From Chamaesiphon sp. (GTDB lineage: Bacteria; Cyanobacteriota; Cyanobacteriia; Cyanobacteriales; Chamaesiphonaceae), in contig CBDFFH010000028.1 in NCBI GenBank assembly GCA_965246715.1, forward strand, positions 1 through 31,455: a DNA stretch of 31,455 bases, given 5' to 3'. Position 1 is the stretch's first letter, and each line of letters opens with the position of its first letter. Shown one piece after another: positions 1 through 7,778 of this stretch. The position numbers were made by a program, and so were the translations under genes. The notes under the pieces are model-generated. The model was not told where the DNA came from. It did no database searches and was given only the letters and a program-made list of their open reading frames with translations.

Positions 1-113
1 CGATCGATTGTGGATCTTCCATCACTGCATTGGTTCATCCCTAGTGCTAAGGTAAAATGCATCGAAACTGGGCATTCTAAGTCCACTACCTATAATCTAA
101 CCGAACTATCCCG

Positions 114-821
114 ATGAAAAAGATTAATCTCCAGGAACTCGCGATCGTCATTGCAGTCAAGGAAATCGATCCGACCTTGATTACACCAGAATTTCTGAAA
201 TATAGTCAAATTATCCCCGCAGATTGGGAAATATCTGGACAACCCGCGCGGAGCTTTCAAGGTTCGCAGGTAACTTTTCAAAATGGCATTACCGTAATCG
301 CGCAACCACAGCGGATTAGTTTTGCGGAGTTGGCGGTAGATAAACCAACTGCGGGATTAGAGATTCCCAGACTAGCCGAAAAATTCGTCAATGTCCTACC
401 CAATCTTAGTTATGTCGGTGTCGGCATTAATATGCGCGGCTATATCGACTTTGGGACAGATCGCCGCCTGGCGCGCGAATTCATGTTCCAAAATCTGCTC
501 GCACCAGGCGCTTGGCAACAGTTGGGTAACGCACCCGTCCAAGCAGGCATCAATCTCGGCTATGTATTTGACGAGCGCCGATTGAATTTAACCATTAATG
601 AAGCAACCATCCAAGGTGCCGAAGGACAGACTAATTCGATCGCCTTATTTGCTGGTAATTTCGATTACGATATCGTCAATACGATCGCTCCAGCCGCACA
701 TACCCAACGCATCAACCAAATCGTCACCAATTGGCAGCGCGATCTAGAACTCTATCAAGAAGTTGTCAGTCGATTTATGATATCGGATGCAACGATCGCC
801 TTCCCATCTTTAGCTAGTTAG
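114..821 (+). CDS. Conserved hypothetical protein (235 aa), function unknown
   Basis: Long ORF with normal composition, followed by a terminator-like hairpin; no catalytic motif recognised. Confidence 0.8.
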   Translation: MKKINLQELAIVIAVKEIDPTLITPEFLKYSQIIPADWEISGQPARSFQGSQVTFQNGITVIAQPQRISFAELAVDKPTAGLEIPRLAEKFVNVLPNLSYVGVGINMRGYIDFGTDRRLAREFMFQNLLAPGAWQQLGNAPVQAGINLGYVFDERRLNLTINEATIQGAEGQTNSIALFAGNFDYDIVNTIAPAAHTQRINQIVTNWQRDLELYQEVVSRFMISDATIAFPSLAS

Positions 822-944
822 CTTGCTATTATCGATCGAGTTTAGCTAGCGATCGATTAAACAAGATTGTCTGCATTTAAGCAGGTGAATAAATTCGCCG
901 AGCTACATTGATTTATGCAGGAGATTTAATTTATCGCAATTATT

Positions 945-978
945 ATATCCCCGACTCAACCAGTCGGGGATATTTTTT
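945..978 (+). terminator. Rho-independent terminator-like hairpin (also a REP-like TCCCCGACT repeat)
   Basis: Perfect 12-bp stem ATATCCCCGACT-caacc-AGTCGGGGATAT followed by a T run. Confidence 0.7.
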
Positions 979-1048
979 AGAAGTTAGGAATATTTATGAC
1001 AGATTCGCTCGATCGAAGCTTGAATAAATCGATCGATTGAATCAAACA

Positions 1049-1123
1049 ATCACCCATTAGATAGATGCGATAATCTCCCAAGAGGATGAGAGTGGCATAT
1101 TGTAAGTGTGGCATAGTTATAAT
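1049..1123 (+). promoter_or_regulatory. Putative amylase promoter: two 18-bp pseudo-palindromic sites plus a -10 box
   Basis: ATCACCC-ATTA-GATAGAT (1049-1066), ATCTCCC-AAGA-GGATGAG (1073-1090), TATAAT at 1118-1123. Confidence 0.4.
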
Positions 1124-1239
1124 GCAATTGGAAATACGTGAAACCTTGACGACAAGCTGAATGCAACGTTATAGAATCTCACTCCATTCGGCAATCTCGA
1201 GCCTTACTTTACTTAATTAATAATGGAGCAATTCATCTT

Positions 1240-2718
1240 ATGTCAGATCCAAATGGTGTAATGATGCAATACTTCCACTGGTACAATGCCCCCGATGGTA
1301 CCTTGTGGAATGAACTAGCCACCAATGCCCAAGAATTGGCAACTGCTGGAATTACCGCTCTGTGGGTGCCACCTGCATACAAAGGTACAGGCGGCGGTTA
1401 TGATGTCGGCTATGGCATCTACGATCTGTTCGATCTAGGTGAATTCGATCAGAAAGGTTCGGTTAGGACGAAGTACGGTACCAAAGCTGAATATATTCAA
1501 GCAATTAGCACCGCGCACGATAATGGGATTAGTATCTATGCCGATGTCGTCTTCAATCATAAATTAGGCGCAGACGAAGCCGAAGAAGCTGAAGCAACAC
1601 CTTTCGATCCGGAAAATAGAACCGAAGCGATCGGCGAATATCAAAAAATCCAAGCTTGGACGCATTTTACATTCCCCGGTCGCGAGGGTAAATATTCAAC
1701 AATGGAATGGCATTGGTGGCACTTCGATGCGATCGACTTCAATGCTTATAATGAAGGCGAAAAAGCAGTTTATCTGCTCAAAGGTAAGTCTTTTGATAAT
1801 GATGTCGATCTCGAAAAAGGTGGCTTCGATTATCTGATGGGTTGCGACCTCGATATGGAAAATCCTGAAGTAGTCGGCGAACTCAAATATTGGGGTGAGT
1901 GGTTGCTCGACACGACCAAAGTTGATGGCTTCCGGTTTGATGCTGTCAAACATGTCTCGGCTGAGTTTTTCTACGAATGGATGAAACACGTCAGTCAGTA
2001 TGCACAAAAAGATCTATTTGCTGTGGGTGAATACTGGTCTTATGAAGTCGAAGCGCTGCATCACTTTATCGAATCAACTGAGGGGAAAGTCTCCTTATTT
2101 GATGCACCACTGCACTACAATTTCCATGCTGCTAGTACCGCTGGCAATGGCTACGATCTGCGCCAGATTTTTGATAATACCTTAGTTCAACAACAACCTG
2201 CGCTAGCAGTGACGTTAGTTGAAAATCATGATTCGCAACCACTACAATCGCTAGAATCGATCGTCGAACCTTGGTTTAAACCGCTAGCTTATGCGCTGAT
2301 TTTGCTACGCCGCGATGGTTATCCTTGTATCTTTTATGGCGATTACTATGGCGCTCATTACAAGGATTATGGTAAAGATGGCAATGAATACGAAATCTGG
2401 TTAGACAGCCATCGGTTCTTACTCGACAAATTTATGCTGGCGCGTAAAACTTACGGTTTTGGCGAGCAATATGACTACTTCGACCATGAAAACACGATCG
2501 GGTGGACGAGACTCGGCGATGCAGAGCATCCTGGTGGCATGGCAGTGGTCCTCAGTAATGGTGGCGATGGCACAAAGTACATGGAAGTAAAACAACCCAA
2601 TCGTACCTACATCGACATCACCGAGCATATCAAAGAACCAATCGTCACTAACGATGAGGGTTGGGCTGAGTTTCGGTGCAATGGTGGCTCTGTGTCTGTC
2701 TGGGTGTCCCAGGAGTAA
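1240..2718 (+). CDS. amyA: Cytoplasmic alpha-amylase, GH13 (AmyA/Bacillus liquefying type)
   Basis: NGVMMQYFHWY start, DVVFNH, GFRFDAVKH (nucleophile), VGEYW (acid/base), VENHDSQP, C-terminal GGSVSVW; no signal peptide. Confidence 0.93.
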   Translation: MSDPNGVMMQYFHWYNAPDGTLWNELATNAQELATAGITALWVPPAYKGTGGGYDVGYGIYDLFDLGEFDQKGSVRTKYGTKAEYIQAISTAHDNGISIYADVVFNHKLGADEAEEAEATPFDPENRTEAIGEYQKIQAWTHFTFPGREGKYSTMEWHWWHFDAIDFNAYNEGEKAVYLLKGKSFDNDVDLEKGGFDYLMGCDLDMENPEVVGELKYWGEWLLDTTKVDGFRFDAVKHVSAEFFYEWMKHVSQYAQKDLFAVGEYWSYEVEALHHFIESTEGKVSLFDAPLHYNFHAASTAGNGYDLRQIFDNTLVQQQPALAVTLVENHDSQPLQSLESIVEPWFKPLAYALILLRRDGYPCIFYGDYYGAHYKDYGKDGNEYEIWLDSHRFLLDKFMLARKTYGFGEQYDYFDHENTIGWTRLGDAEHPGGMAVVLSNGGDGTKYMEVKQPNRTYIDITEHIKEPIVTNDEGWAEFRCNGGSVSVWVSQE

Positions 2719-2794
2719 GGCAACAATCGATCGATTCAAGCCGCTCCGGCGAAGTTAATCGGACTCATCTGCGACTAATCCTCGCCATCTTGGC

Positions 2795-2870
2795 GGTTGG
2801 GATAAAGAGCGTACAGTACCCACCATTTAGGTTTAGACTAGATGCGATCGCCTCGCTATTTATCCCAACC
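2795..2870. repeat. REP-like inverted repeat
   Basis: GGTTGGGATAAAGAGCG (2795-2811) and CGCTATTTATCCCAACC (2854-2870) match 16/17 as inverted repeats. Confidence 0.7.
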
Positions 2871-2880
2871 AACTTCGGAT

Positions 2881-2984
2881 ATAGCGGTTCCCAATCGAAT
2901 GAGGTACACTCACTAGCCACTAGTAACCAGGCACTAGCCACTGAAAGCACTAATAATGCCCTTGACTAGGATGAGAACCGCAGC
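2881..2984. repeat. Degenerate MITE-like element enclosing CACTAGC-type heptamer repeats
   Basis: Ends ATAGCGGTTCCCAATC and GATGAGAACCGCAG are imperfect inverted repeats; internal cactagc/cactagt/cactagc heptamers. Confidence 0.45.
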
Positions 2985-3253
2985 AATCGATCCGATCGAG
3001 AGAGAATACTTGGTTTGGTTGCTCGTTGTCTAAACCACTTCCATAGTAAAGTTTCTTAACGTAGATAGCAGCTATTGGAGCCAGATAGAAAAGCAATAAT
3101 ACTAATTTCGATCGGCGCTCTTGAATGTTCTGAAAGTTAGCGGTACCAGTAACAAATAGACGCTACCCTATTTTACAGGGAATCTTCGACAGCCAGCAAT
3201 AGCGCACAGCGATCGAGCGGTAACTTGTCTGCATCTACTGAGGGAGTTTAATC

Positions 3254-4786
3254 ATGTCAAACGTAACAGTTCTACCGATCGATGAATACAATCGCCAGTT
3301 AGTTGCAGCGGTACATCCCGATGATTGGATAAATCCTCAACCAGCAGCGCTTTATGACTTGGTAGTAATTGGGGCGGGTACGGCGGGATTGGTTGTCGCC
3401 GCAGGTGCAGCAGGTTTGGGCATTGGCTTAAAAGTCGCCCTGATCGAACGAAATTTGATGGGTGGCGATTGTTTAAATGTTGGTTGCGTTCCTTCCAAAG
3501 CCATCATTCGATCGGCTCGCGTTGTTGGTGAGATGTTAAACGCTGATGCATTCGGGATTCATTCACCAGCACAGATCGACATCGATTTTCCCGCCGTGAT
3601 GGCTCGAATGCGAAGATTACGATCGGGCATCAGCCATGTTGACTCTGCCCAAAGGTTTTCGGCTTTAGGCGTGGATGTATTTTTCGGTACGGCTCGATTT
3701 ACCGCCAATGAGACGATCGAAGTAGATGATGCAGTTTTGCGCTACAAAAAAGCCGTAATTGCTACAGGTACCAGAGCCTTGGAGCCAGAAATTGAAGGCA
3801 TCGCAACTGCTGGATTTCTGACGAATGAAACCATTTTCTCACTCGTCGAGCGCCCGCAACGTCTAGCTGTAATCGGGGGTGGGCCGATCGGTTGCGAGTT
3901 AGCGCAAACTTTTGGGCGTTTGGGATCTAAAGTTAGTTTATTCCATCAAAACTCTCAATTGTTGAATAAAGAGGATAAAGATGCCGCTCAGATCGTTACT
4001 GATGTATTCCTCCGATCGGGGATCGAACTATTTTTAAATATCCAGATTCAAAGAGTAGAAAAAATCGATGCTGGTAAAGTATTGCATTTTACAACCGACG
4101 GTAAACCTCAATCGATAACTGTCGATGATATCCTCATCGGTACTGGCCGCGTTCCCAATATTGAAGGACTGAATTTGGCAGCTGTGGGAGTCGAATCCGA
4201 TCCTCGGCAGGGTGTAAAAGTCAACGACTATCTTCAGACTACCAATCCGAAAATATATGCAGCTGGCGATATTTGTATGGACTGGAAATTCACTCATGCC
4301 GCCGATGCCGCCGCCCGCATCGTCATCAAAAATACCCTGTTTTCACCATTTGGATTGAGTCGGACTAAACTTAGCAGCTTAGTCATGCCGTGGGTAACAT
4401 ATACCGACCCAGAAATCGCCCAGGTAGGACTCTCCGCCGCAGCAGCTCAAGCGCAAGGGATGGATGTTGAGACGATCGAAATAAAATTTAGCGATGTCGA
4501 TCGCGCGATCGTCGATGGTGAAGAAAATGGGTTTTTAAAAATTATCCATCTCAAAAATTCCGATCGCATTGTCGGCGCAACGATCGTTGCCAGTCATGCA
4601 GGGGAAATTATTTCTGAAATCACTATGGCGATCGTCAACAAGATTGGATTGACTAAACTTGCTAGTGTGATTCATCCCTATCCTACCCAGGCCGAAGCTA
4701 TTAAAAAAGCCGCAGATACTTATCGACGCACGTTGCTGACTCCCAATAATAAGAAGTTATTGGGATTATTGAGTAAATTGTCCTAA
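3254..4786 (+). CDS. Pyridine nucleotide-disulfide oxidoreductase (MerA-like/Lpd-like flavoprotein)
   Basis: GAGTAG FAD motif, GGDCLNVGCVPSK redox disulfide, GGGPIG NAD(P) motif, YAAGD, C-terminal HPYPTQAE; lacks NmerA domain and C-terminal Cys-Cys. Confidence 0.9.
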   Translation: MSNVTVLPIDEYNRQLVAAVHPDDWINPQPAALYDLVVIGAGTAGLVVAAGAAGLGIGLKVALIERNLMGGDCLNVGCVPSKAIIRSARVVGEMLNADAFGIHSPAQIDIDFPAVMARMRRLRSGISHVDSAQRFSALGVDVFFGTARFTANETIEVDDAVLRYKKAVIATGTRALEPEIEGIATAGFLTNETIFSLVERPQRLAVIGGGPIGCELAQTFGRLGSKVSLFHQNSQLLNKEDKDAAQIVTDVFLRSGIELFLNIQIQRVEKIDAGKVLHFTTDGKPQSITVDDILIGTGRVPNIEGLNLAAVGVESDPRQGVKVNDYLQTTNPKIYAAGDICMDWKFTHAADAAARIVIKNTLFSPFGLSRTKLSSLVMPWVTYTDPEIAQVGLSAAAAQAQGMDVETIEIKFSDVDRAIVDGEENGFLKIIHLKNSDRIVGATIVASHAGEIISEITMAIVNKIGLTKLASVIHPYPTQAEAIKKAADTYRRTLLTPNNKKLLGLLSKLS

Positions 4787-4881
4787 TTGCAATTTAAATT
4801 AATTAAAATCCCCAGAGTCGGGAGATTTCGATCGATATATCGATCGAGTATGACAAATCGATCGATATATCAATGTTCAAC

Positions 4882-4907
4882 CTGCCAAGGCAGCGCTTCG
4901 CTATCGC
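4882..4907 (-). repeat. Small dispersed repeat (SDR-like hairpin abutting a HIP1 half-site)
   Basis: Minus strand GCGAT-AGCGAAGCG-CTGCC-TT-GGCAG resembles cyanobacterial HIP1-associated SDR elements. Confidence 0.5.
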
Positions 4908-5257
4908 GGATCTAAAATCTCGATCGAGTCAAAATTAATCATCAGCTTAGTCGTCTGTGGGATTTATCCATCAGTCGGCGCAGTGTATAAAGCATTTGAG
5001 CAAGTGGTGAGAGTATCAAAAGTATTCTTGTCCGCCAAAATCAATGGACTAGAACCAAAGCTATCACAAGCATTAGTGCGTTACAGCAGCAGTTATTACC
5101 GATACATTTAATTGCGAACTCAAGACATTGGGTTATCCCAAAGCAGCATTATTTGTTTTTTGTATGGCACTGATGGCTTTCAACATTCTATCTAACGTGA
5201 GTTCGGGATAAGAATAGCCTGGAGACTGAAGTCTCGGCTCATGATGCAAAGTCCGCC

Positions 5258-5304
5258 TGTCTTGACGCGCTAAACCCTCGGGGAACCCGAGGAGCGCGCG
5301 TCGC
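5258..5304 (+). repeat. 47-bp hairpin micro-element A (TGTCTTG...CGC)
   Basis: TGTCTTGACGCGCTAAACCCTCGGGGAACCCGAGGAGCGCGCGTCGC; near-identical inverted copy at 5729-5775; absent from the homologous repeat at 17350-17411. Confidence 0.75.
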
Positions 5305-5403
5305 TGTCTTGAAAAGGTGCTCTACTTGGGGAAACCCCAAGACCTACTGGTCTAATGGTCGGCGAGCCGACCAAAAGGCTAGCCGACCAAATGCACTTTT
5401 CGC
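5305..5403 (+). repeat. Hairpin micro-element B (TGTCTTG...CGC) apparently carrying a further 48-bp insert
   Basis: Same ends as A; GAAAAGGTGC/GCACTTTTC outer stem, CTTGGGG-AAA-CCCCAAG hairpin; 5345-5392 contains TGGTCGGC-GA-GCCGACCA. Confidence 0.6.
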
Positions 5404-5422
5404 TTCGCGGACTAGATAATTA

Positions 5423-5657
5423 ACGTGAGTTCGGGTTAAGGAAAACCGATCTGCTTCGCTCAACCACCGCCCTGAACTAGAAGTTCGGGCTAACAGCAAA
5501 AGTTCTCTGAAGAGAACTGCCAAATCAGTTAGTTCGTTAAAACGAACTTTTGCTATGAGCAACTAATTCATTTGAGGGCGGTCTGGAAATGAAGCTAGGA
5601 GTCATCGATTACCGATGGTACGCTACACGAACGGAAATCCTTATCCCGAACTCAGGT
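5423..5657. mobile_element. MITE (inner, 235 bp, same TIR family, opposite orientation), 6-bp TSD TAATTA
   Basis: ACGTGAGTTCGGGTTAAGGA at 5423 and TCCTTATCCCGAACTCAGGT ending 5657; TAATTA at 5417-5422 and 5658-5663. Confidence 0.9.
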
Positions 5658-5728
5658 TAATTAGTCCGCGAAGGCAGGCTTTTGCCGCTCGCGGCAACAA
5701 CCGGACTTTGCACTACTAGCACCGATTT

Positions 5729-5775
5729 GCGGCGCGCGCTCCTCGGCTTTGCCGAGGGTTTAGCGCGACAAGACA
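5729..5775 (-). repeat. 47-bp hairpin micro-element C (inverted sister of A)
   Basis: Reverse complement TGTCTTGTCGCGCTAAACCCTCGGCAAAGCCGAGGAGCGCGCGCCGC, inserted in the loop of GCACCGATTT|CAATCGAGTGC. Confidence 0.75.
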
Positions 5776-6057
5776 CAATCGAGTGCGGTGTTTGAACGAA
5801 GCAAATATCCTTAACCCGAACTCACGTTATCTACGGTCAAAGATGTTCATGGTGCTGGAAAAATTGAATCGGGTTTGTCCAATTATTATGCGGTTGAAGA
5901 AGTCCAGTCAACTTTTAGAGGGATGAAAATTGCTATCGAAGTAGATGATTGGAAACCTTTTGCACAGATGAATGTGGTGTTGTTTGCGGAGTTTTTACGC
6001 TCCTGTGCCAGTCATGTAAATCTCAGGAGAAAATCCAAGACTTACACACTATTTAGC

Positions 6058-6180
6058 CAGCAATTCCAAATTCAAAACGAGTTTACGCCGTTTCAGACGA
6101 TCTAGTCTCCTCGATCGATCTGAATTTTAACGATAGAGCAATGGTTCCAGCCTCTAAAATTTCTGAATTTGGAATTGCTG
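6058..6180. mobile_element. 123-bp MITE with TIR CAGCAATTCCAAATTCA
   Basis: Perfect 17-bp TIRs at 6058-6074 and 6164-6180; identical terminus at 20662 next to an IS4 transposase fragment; no clear TSD. Confidence 0.8.
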
Positions 6181-6298
6181 CACTTTACCCCAATCTTCCA
6201 CCCCCTGTCCTAAATCAGCGAACCGTCAGGGAGAATGCTGCTCATCACCACTTAAGTAGTAAGATCGAAAGTGGACAGTTAGCTGGGTGGCGATCGCA

Positions 6299-7498
6299 AT
6301 GAATTGGTGGCAACAACTCAAACGGAATGGATTAGCGCAAATTGGTGCGATCGCGCTAATTTTGATGTATCTATCAGTCATCGCTGCCGAATTTGTCGCA
6401 CCTTACGATCCGTATGTTTCCCAAGAGGATGGTTCGCTGCTGCCACCCACAGCGATTCACTGGACGGACAAGCAAGGTAAGTGGCTTGGGCCGCATGTTT
6501 ACCCTACTACTCAAGGGCCAACAGATATTAATACAGGCGATCGCCTCCTCAAGGTCGATGAGACTAAACCCTCACTGATTAATCTATTCGTGCGTGGTTC
6601 TGAGTATCGGCTATTCCCCATCAGTATTCCCCTCTTGCCAAAATTCGATCCCGCTGCCCCCAAAAAGAAAAGCAAGGTCAAGAGCGCAGCAGCTGTTAGA
6701 ACTAAAGTGGATGGGCAAGAATTTACAATTTTCTCCGGAATTCCCTGCGATTGGCACTTATTTGGTACCGCTGGTGAGGGCAAGCTCAATCTCCTCGGTA
6801 CTGACGAACAGGGTCGCGACCAATTCAGTCGGATCGTCTATGGGGGCAGAATCAGCCTATTTATCGGCCTGATTGGTGTTTTAATCTCTTTTCCCATCGG
6901 CACGATTTTAGGCGGGATCTCGGGCTATTTTGGTGGCTGGATCGATGCCGGAATCATGCGGGTAGCAGAAGTTTTGATGACTTTACCCAGTCTCTATTTA
7001 TTAGTTGCATTAGCATCGGTATTACCCGATCGAGTCAGTAGTTCGCAACGCTTTTTACTAATTATTATCATTACATCATTTATCAGTTGGGCGGGCTTGG
7101 CGCGAGTGATTCGCGGTCAAGTTTTATCGATTAAGGAACGGGAATTCGTTCAAGCCGCCAGGGCGATGGGTGCGAAGCCGTGGTACATTATCATCCGCCA
7201 TATCATCCCGCAAACAGCTACTTATCTAATTATTTCCGCAACGTTAGCCATTCCGAGTTTTATTGTTTCCGAATCGGTACTAAGTTTGATCGGGTTGGGA
7301 ATTCAACCGCCAGATCCATCGTGGGGAAATCTGCTATCGATCGCAACTAATACTTCGATTCTCATCTTCCAGCCCTGGTTGATTTGGCCGCCAGCACTAT
7401 TAATCATCCTCACAGTACTAGCATTCAATCTCCTCGGGGACGGTTTGCGCGATGCCCTCGATCCGCGCAATCTGCAACGATCTTCTAATAATCTGTAA
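6299..7498 (+). CDS. Peptide/nickel ABC transporter permease (DppC/OppC family)
   Basis: LLGTDEQGRDQFSRIVYGGRISL, EFVQAARAMGA (EAA loop), PPDPSWG, FNLLGDGLRDALDPR; ATG 6299 preferred over GTG 6287. Confidence 0.92.
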   Translation: MNWWQQLKRNGLAQIGAIALILMYLSVIAAEFVAPYDPYVSQEDGSLLPPTAIHWTDKQGKWLGPHVYPTTQGPTDINTGDRLLKVDETKPSLINLFVRGSEYRLFPISIPLLPKFDPAAPKKKSKVKSAAAVRTKVDGQEFTIFSGIPCDWHLFGTAGEGKLNLLGTDEQGRDQFSRIVYGGRISLFIGLIGVLISFPIGTILGGISGYFGGWIDAGIMRVAEVLMTLPSLYLLVALASVLPDRVSSSQRFLLIIIITSFISWAGLARVIRGQVLSIKEREFVQAARAMGAKPWYIIIRHIIPQTATYLIISATLAIPSFIVSESVLSLIGLGIQPPDPSWGNLLSIATNTSILIFQPWLIWPPALLIILTVLAFNLLGDGLRDALDPRNLQRSSNNL

Positions 7499-7778
7499 TC
7501 GAAACTTAAAACAACGAACAAGCTCGTGTTGAAAGGTTTTGAGTTTGTGTTGTCTCATTTTAATTCGGTAATCATCCGGCTAATTTTTGCATGACGGGGA
7601 TTCGGATAACAGCCAAATCGATCGGACTTGCAGGAATTATGAAAATTGAGGCCTAAAGGATATCGATTGCAACAATTTTACAATCGATCGAGATAGCGAT
7701 CGAAATCGTGGGAATACTTAAAATCATAGGACTTGTAATGCGATCGCTATCCGTCGCATAAGAAACAGGTAAATTGAC

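Larger units (their letters stand above)
5195..5827. mobile_element. MITE (outer), TIR ACGTGAGTTCGGG(A/T)TAAG, 6-bp TSD TATCTA
   Basis: TIRs at 5195-5212 and 5810-5827 (17/18 match); TATCTA at 5189-5194 and 5828-5833. Confidence 0.9.
4941..6030 (+). pseudogene. IS4-like DDE transposase remnant, internally deleted and MITE-interrupted
   Basis: N-terminal piece SLVVCGIYPSVGAVYKAF...KINGLEPKLSQALVR (4941-5090), frame change, then C-terminal piece FNCELKTLGYPKAALFVFCMALMAFNILS|TVKDVHGAGKIESGLSNYYAVEEVQSTFRGMKIAI; the frame is continuous once 5195-5833 is removed. Confidence 0.75.

Noticed and set aside
2676..2969. Short ORFs 2676-2969 (+) and 2765-2950 (-)
   Set aside because: Overlap the amylase end and repeat elements; no protein-like features
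3254..4786. Gene symbol merA or lpdA
   Set aside because: No C-terminal Cys pair, NmerA domain or mer operon; no dehydrogenase-complex context
5344..5562. 72-aa minus-strand ORF
   Set aside because: Crosses MITE and micro-element junctions; chance ORF
5189..5833. Possible CRISPR array or tRNA/ncRNA gene in the repeat-rich region
   Set aside because: Repeats are inverted termini and hairpins, not regularly spaced direct repeats with unique spacers; no cas genes; no tRNA T-loop/acceptor pattern
5875..6105. 76-aa ORF as an independent gene
   Set aside because: It is the tail of the transposase pseudogene reading into the 123-bp MITE
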